From Utricularia gibba (lineage: Eukaryota; Plantae; Magnoliophyta), in NCBI GenBank assembly GCA_002189035.1, contig NEEC01000042.1, positions 62,001-126,000 on the forward strand: a stretch of 64,000 bases of DNA, written 5' to 3'. Under the pieces are notes generated by a model that saw nothing but the letters and a program-made list of their open reading frames with translations, made no database searches and was not told the DNA's origin. Positions 59,965-64,000 of the stretch are shown in pieces. A program made the translations under genes and the position numbers. Numbering within the stretch: position 1 is the first letter of the stretch; every line of letters starts with the position of its first letter.

Positions 59965-60289
59965 TGTTGTTGCAAGAAAAATAGAGTCTTGGGAAGTAAC
60001 AAAAAGGTAATGCTTATGAGATCACCTTGGATGAAAAACGACTCATGAACAATAAGAATGACCGAAAACCTAATTGACACGCATTTCTAGTAGGGCTTAT
60101 ATATACCAAATACCTAGGTTACCCAACAGTGGGCCACAATCATTGAAAACACACAAAAAGCCCAACAACTCGAATCCAACACTTCCATGCTCGAACCCAA
60201 CACCTTTTTTTATCTGAAATATGACATTATGACACAAGTTTAGTTCTTCCAATCACCTTCAAGCTTTGGATTGAGGCTGATCTCCAACA
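59965..60289 (-). repeat. LTR, copy 5 (325 bp)
   Basis: Same termini as copy 1. Confidence 0.9.
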
Positions 60290-62890
60290 CTTGGTCCGGG
60301 CCCCTGATTCTTTATGGCTCATGAGGACAAAAGGATGCAAATCGATGAATACAATGATGCAATTGTTTAAATTACGATATCACGTGCACCCTACATGATT
60401 TTTTCAACAACTTACTTTATACTTGAGGAGGTGGTCTTGGGGGGCAAGAGGAACCGGACAAAGGTCAGCTTATGCTTGGGTCGAAAGTAAGTTGTAGCCT
60501 GACAAAGAAAGTGATCTATTTATTAACGTTCGGTTTTCGGGGCTACCTACATGGTTTTTCAAGGAACCGCTTCTCGTTTTGTGGCGGCCAGTCTCGCTGG
60601 GAACTTGGTCCTTTACCCCGATTCTGTATGGCTCATGAGGTCAACCGAATGCAAATCGATTAAAAAAAATGATGCATTTGTTTAAATTGCGATATGACGT
60701 GCACCCCACATGATTTTTTTCAACAACTTACTTTATACTTGGGGAGGCGGTCTTGGGGTGCACCTGGAACGGGACAAAGGTAAGGTTTGGCTAGCGCCGA
60801 GAGTTAGTTGTAGCCCGACAAATAAAGTGATAAATTTGATATCGTTCGGTTTTCAGGGGCTACCTACATGGTTTTTCAAGGAACCGCTTCTCGTTTTGTG
60901 GCGGCCAGTCTCGCTGGGAACTTGGTCTTTGACCCCGATTCTGTATGGCTCATGAGGTCAACCGGATGCAAATCGATTAAAAAAAATGATGCATTTGTTT
61001 AAATTGCGGTATGACGTGCACCCCACATGATTTTTTTCAACAACTTACTTTATACTTCAGGAGGCGGTCTTGGGGTGCACCTGGAACGGGACAAAGGTCA
61101 GCTTAGGCTTGGGCAGAAAGTAAGTTGTAGCCCGCCAAAGAAAGTGATGTATTTATTATCGTTTGGTTTTCGGGGGCTGCCTACATGGTTTTTCAAGGAA
61201 CCGCTTCTCGTTTTGTGGCGGCCAGTCTCGCTGGGAACTTGGTCCTTGACCCCGATTCTGTATGGCTCATGAGGTCAACCGGATGCAAATCGATTAAAAA
61301 AAGTGATGCATTTGTTTAAATTGCGATATCACGTGCACCCCACATGATTTTTTCAACAACTTACTTTATACTTGAGGAGGCGATCTTAGGGTGCACCTCG
61401 AACAGGACAAAGGTAAGGTTTGGCTTGCGCCGAGAGTTAGTTGTAGCCCGACAAATAAAGTGATGTATTTATTATCGTTCGGTTTTCGGGGGCTGCCTAC
61501 ATGGTTTTTCAAGGAACCGCTTCTCGTTTTGTGGCGGCCAGTCTCGCTGGGAACTTGGTCCTTGACCCCGATTCTGTATGGCTCATGGGGTCAACCGGAT
61601 GCAAATCGAAAAAAAAAATGATGCATTTGTTTAAATTACGATATCACGTGCACCCTACATGATTTTTTCGACAACTTACTTTATACATGGGGAGGCGGTC
61701 TTGGGGGGTACCTGGAAGCGGAAAATGGTCAGCTTAGGCTTGGGCCGATAGTAAGTTGTAGCCCGGCAAAGAAAGTGATGTATTTATTAACGTTCGGTTT
61801 TCGGGGTTGCCTACATGGTTTTCAAGGAAAAGCTTTTCGTTTTGTGGTGGCTAGTCTCGCTGGGAACTTTGTCCTGGACCTCGATTCTTATGTCTTATGA
61901 GGTCAACCGGATGCAAATCGATGAAAAAAATTGATGCATTTGTTTAAATTACGATATCACGTGCACCCTACATGATTTTTTCAACAACTTACTTTATACT
62001 TGAGGAGGTGGTCTTGGGGGCAAGAGGAACCAGACAACGGTCATATTAGGCTTGGGCCGAAAGTAAGTTGTAGCCCGGCAAAGAAAGTGATGTATTTATT
62101 AACGTTCGGTTTTCAGGGTTGCCTACATGGTTTTCCAAGGAAAAGCTTTTCGTTTTGTGGCGGCCGCTCTCGCTGGGCACTTGGTCCGGGCCCCTGATTC
62201 TTTATGGCTCATGAGGACAAAAGGATGCAAATCGATGAAAATAATGATGCATTTGTTTAAATTACGATGTCGCGTGCACCCCAAATGATTTTTTTAACAA
62301 CATACTTTATACATGAGGAGGCGGTCTTGGGGGCACTTGGAACCGGAAAAAGATCAGCTTAGGCTTGGGCCGAAAGTAAGTTGTAGCCCGGCAAAGAAAG
62401 TGATGTATTTATTATCGTTCGGTTTTTGGGGTTGCCTACATGGTTTTTCAAGGAACATCTTCTCGTTTTGTGGTGGCTAGTCTCGCTGGGAACTTGGTCC
62501 TTGACCCCGATTCTGTATGGCTCATGGGGTCAACCGGATGCAAATCGAAGAAAAAAAATGATGCATTTGTTTAAATTACGATATCACGTGCACCCTACAT
62601 GATTTTTTCGACAACTTACTTTATACATGGGGAGGCGGTCTTGGGGGTACCTGGAACCGGAAAATGGTCAGCGTAGGCTTGGGCCGATAGTAAGTTGTAG
62701 CCCGACAAATAAAGTAATGTATTTATTATCGTTCGGTTTTCGGAAGCTGCCTAAATGCTTTTTGAAAGAACATCTTCTCGTTTTATGGCGGCCAGTCTCG
62801 CTGGGAACTTGGTCCTTGACCCTGGTTCTGTATGGCTCATGGGGTGATGAAAAAAAATGATGCATTTGTTTAAATTACGGTATCACGTGC
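60290..62890 (+). repeat. Satellite block between element copies 5 and 6 (partial + 8 monomers + 31 bp)
   Basis: Near-identical to 56517-59111. Confidence 0.95.
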
Positions 62891-63625
62891 CCTGGTTATA
62901 TTCATATTGTGCATTTTGGTGAGGAGAGCAGATTCACCATAAGTTTTCTCAACTTCATTACCATCTCTTAGTTCCAATCTCTTTTCTGTAGATTGCAACT
63001 CAATCATGAACTCTCTAAATGTTGGCTCTGGTGTAACAGGATATTCAGGATACAGCTGATGGAGCTTTCCTTCAATAATGTCAAGGATTTTTCTTTCTGT
63101 CTCAAGTGCACATAACTTTGGCTCGAATCTTGCAGGTAGGCTCATGATTGCCTTGCTAATCACCTTTTGATCCTCAAGTTTTTCCCCCAATCCTCGAATC
63201 TCCTTCACAAGCTTCGCAGTACGTTCATAATAGACTTGTATGGTTTCATTGTCTAACATTTTGTTCCTCTCAAAGTCCTCCAGCTTGTTTTTGCATAATA
63301 TCTCTCTGAGTTTGGCATCGCCTTCATAATGGGATTTGAGAGTATCCCATATTTCTTTTGCTGATTGACACTCTGCAATATCATCAAATAGATGTTCAGA
63401 GATGGCTTGATACAAGGCATCCATTGCTTCATCTTTTCTCTGTTGAAGATACTCAGCTTCCTCTTGCTGTTCTGATGTGGATTTGCTTGTTATTGTAATA
63501 GCCGGAATCTCCCTTTCAACAACATCCCAAATCTTTCTGACCCGAAGGTAGCTGCGCATCTTTTTGACCCAGCTTCCATACTCTGAACCATCAAATATTG
63601 GAGGTCCTCTACCAGATGCCATCAT
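62870..63625 (-). CDS. gag: Truncated copia Gag, copy 6
   Basis: Translation identical to copy 1. Confidence 0.88.
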   Translation of the reverse strand: MMASGRGPPIFDGSEYGSWVKKMRSYLRVRKIWDVVEREIPAITITSKSTSEQQEEAEYLQQRKDEAMDALYQAISEHLFDDIAECQSAKEIWDTLKSHYEGDAKLREILCKNKLEDFERNKMLDNETIQVYYERTAKLVKEIRGLGEKLEDQKVISKAIMSLPARFEPKLCALETERKILDIIEGKLHQLYPEYPVTPEPTFREFMIELQSTEKRLELRDGNEVEKTYGESALLTKMHNMNITRARDTVI

Positions 63626-63731
63626 AGCCACCGCTTGACAAGCTTTGGGTTGATACTTGGTAATCTACCAAGTAAAAAACGCTGAACGGTATATAAAATA
63701 CTGAAACGAACACAGGTTTGAGAACCTTACT

Positions 63732-63743
63732 GCTCTGATACCA
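63732..63743 (-). other. PBS (tRNA-iMet), copy 6
   Basis: Plus-strand GCTCTGATACCA. Confidence 0.93.
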
Positions 63744-64000
63744 TGTTGTTGCAAGAAAAATAGAGTCTTGGGAAGTAACAAAAAGGTAATGCTTATGAGA
63801 TCACCTTGGATGAAAAACGACTCATGAACAATAAGAATGACCGAAAACCTAATTGACACGCATTTCTAGTAGGGCTTATATATACCAAATACCTAGGTTA
63901 CCCAACAGTGGGCCACAATCATTGAAAACACACAAAAAGCCCAACAACTCGAATCCAACACTTCCATGCTCGAACCCAACACCTTTTTTTATCTGAAATA
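63744..64000 (-). repeat. LTR, copy 6 (partial, window edge)
   Basis: The 3' end of the LTR (plus strand TGTTGTTGCAAG) is at 63744; the sequence matches the other copies to the window end. Confidence 0.9.

Larger units (their letters stand above)
59112..60289 (-). mobile_element. Ty1/copia 5' fragment, copy 5
   Basis: Same sequence and junctions as copy 1. Confidence 0.95.
51566..64000. repeat. Composite ~3.77-kb higher-order repeat (copia LTR-gag fragment + 8 satellite monomers), at least 3.3 copies, runs off the window end
   Basis: The gag stop codons at 51545, 55318, 59091 and 62870 give periods of 3773, 3773 and 3779 bp, and the intervening monomers come in the same order. Confidence 0.93.
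62891..64000 (-). mobile_element. Ty1/copia 5' fragment, copy 6 (LTR cut by the window edge)
   Basis: Same sequence and left junction as copy 1; the window ends inside the LTR. Confidence 0.95.

Noticed and set aside
1-64000. CRISPR-like repeat-spacer array
   Set aside because: There are no unique spacers and no cas genes. The whole 313-bp unit repeats, and the context is eukaryotic (plant copia element).

Overview
This window is plant-type repetitive DNA with no ordinary genes. About 89% is one head-to-tail tandem satellite on a constant strand. Its monomer is ~313-315 bp and is itself a diverged dimer of ~156 + ~157 bp subunits, so it is probably (peri)centromeric. From 1 to 41843 the satellite is uninterrupted and arranged in variable higher-order repeats (HORs) of mostly 5-9 monomers, with noisy patches that look like long-read consensus error. 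From 41844 to the window end, the same ~1.18-kb 5' fragment of a Ty1/copia LTR retrotransposon occurs six times on the minus strand. Each fragment has a 325-bp TGTTG...CAACA LTR, a tRNA-iMet PBS, a ~106-bp leader and a gag ORF cut before the zinc knuckle; there is no pol, PPT or TSD. The copies share identical junctions and a linked 16-bp satellite deletion, so they were amplified as part of a composite satellite+retrotransposon HOR (periods 4388, 5334, 3773, 3773, 3779 bp) rather than by transposition. The truncated gag stays open and takes its last six codons and its stop codon from the satellite. Consecutive copies form LTR-PBS-gag-satellite-LTR units. The element marks the border between two satellite subfamilies. 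All other short ORFs in the track are repeat by-products. All counts and alignments were done by eye.
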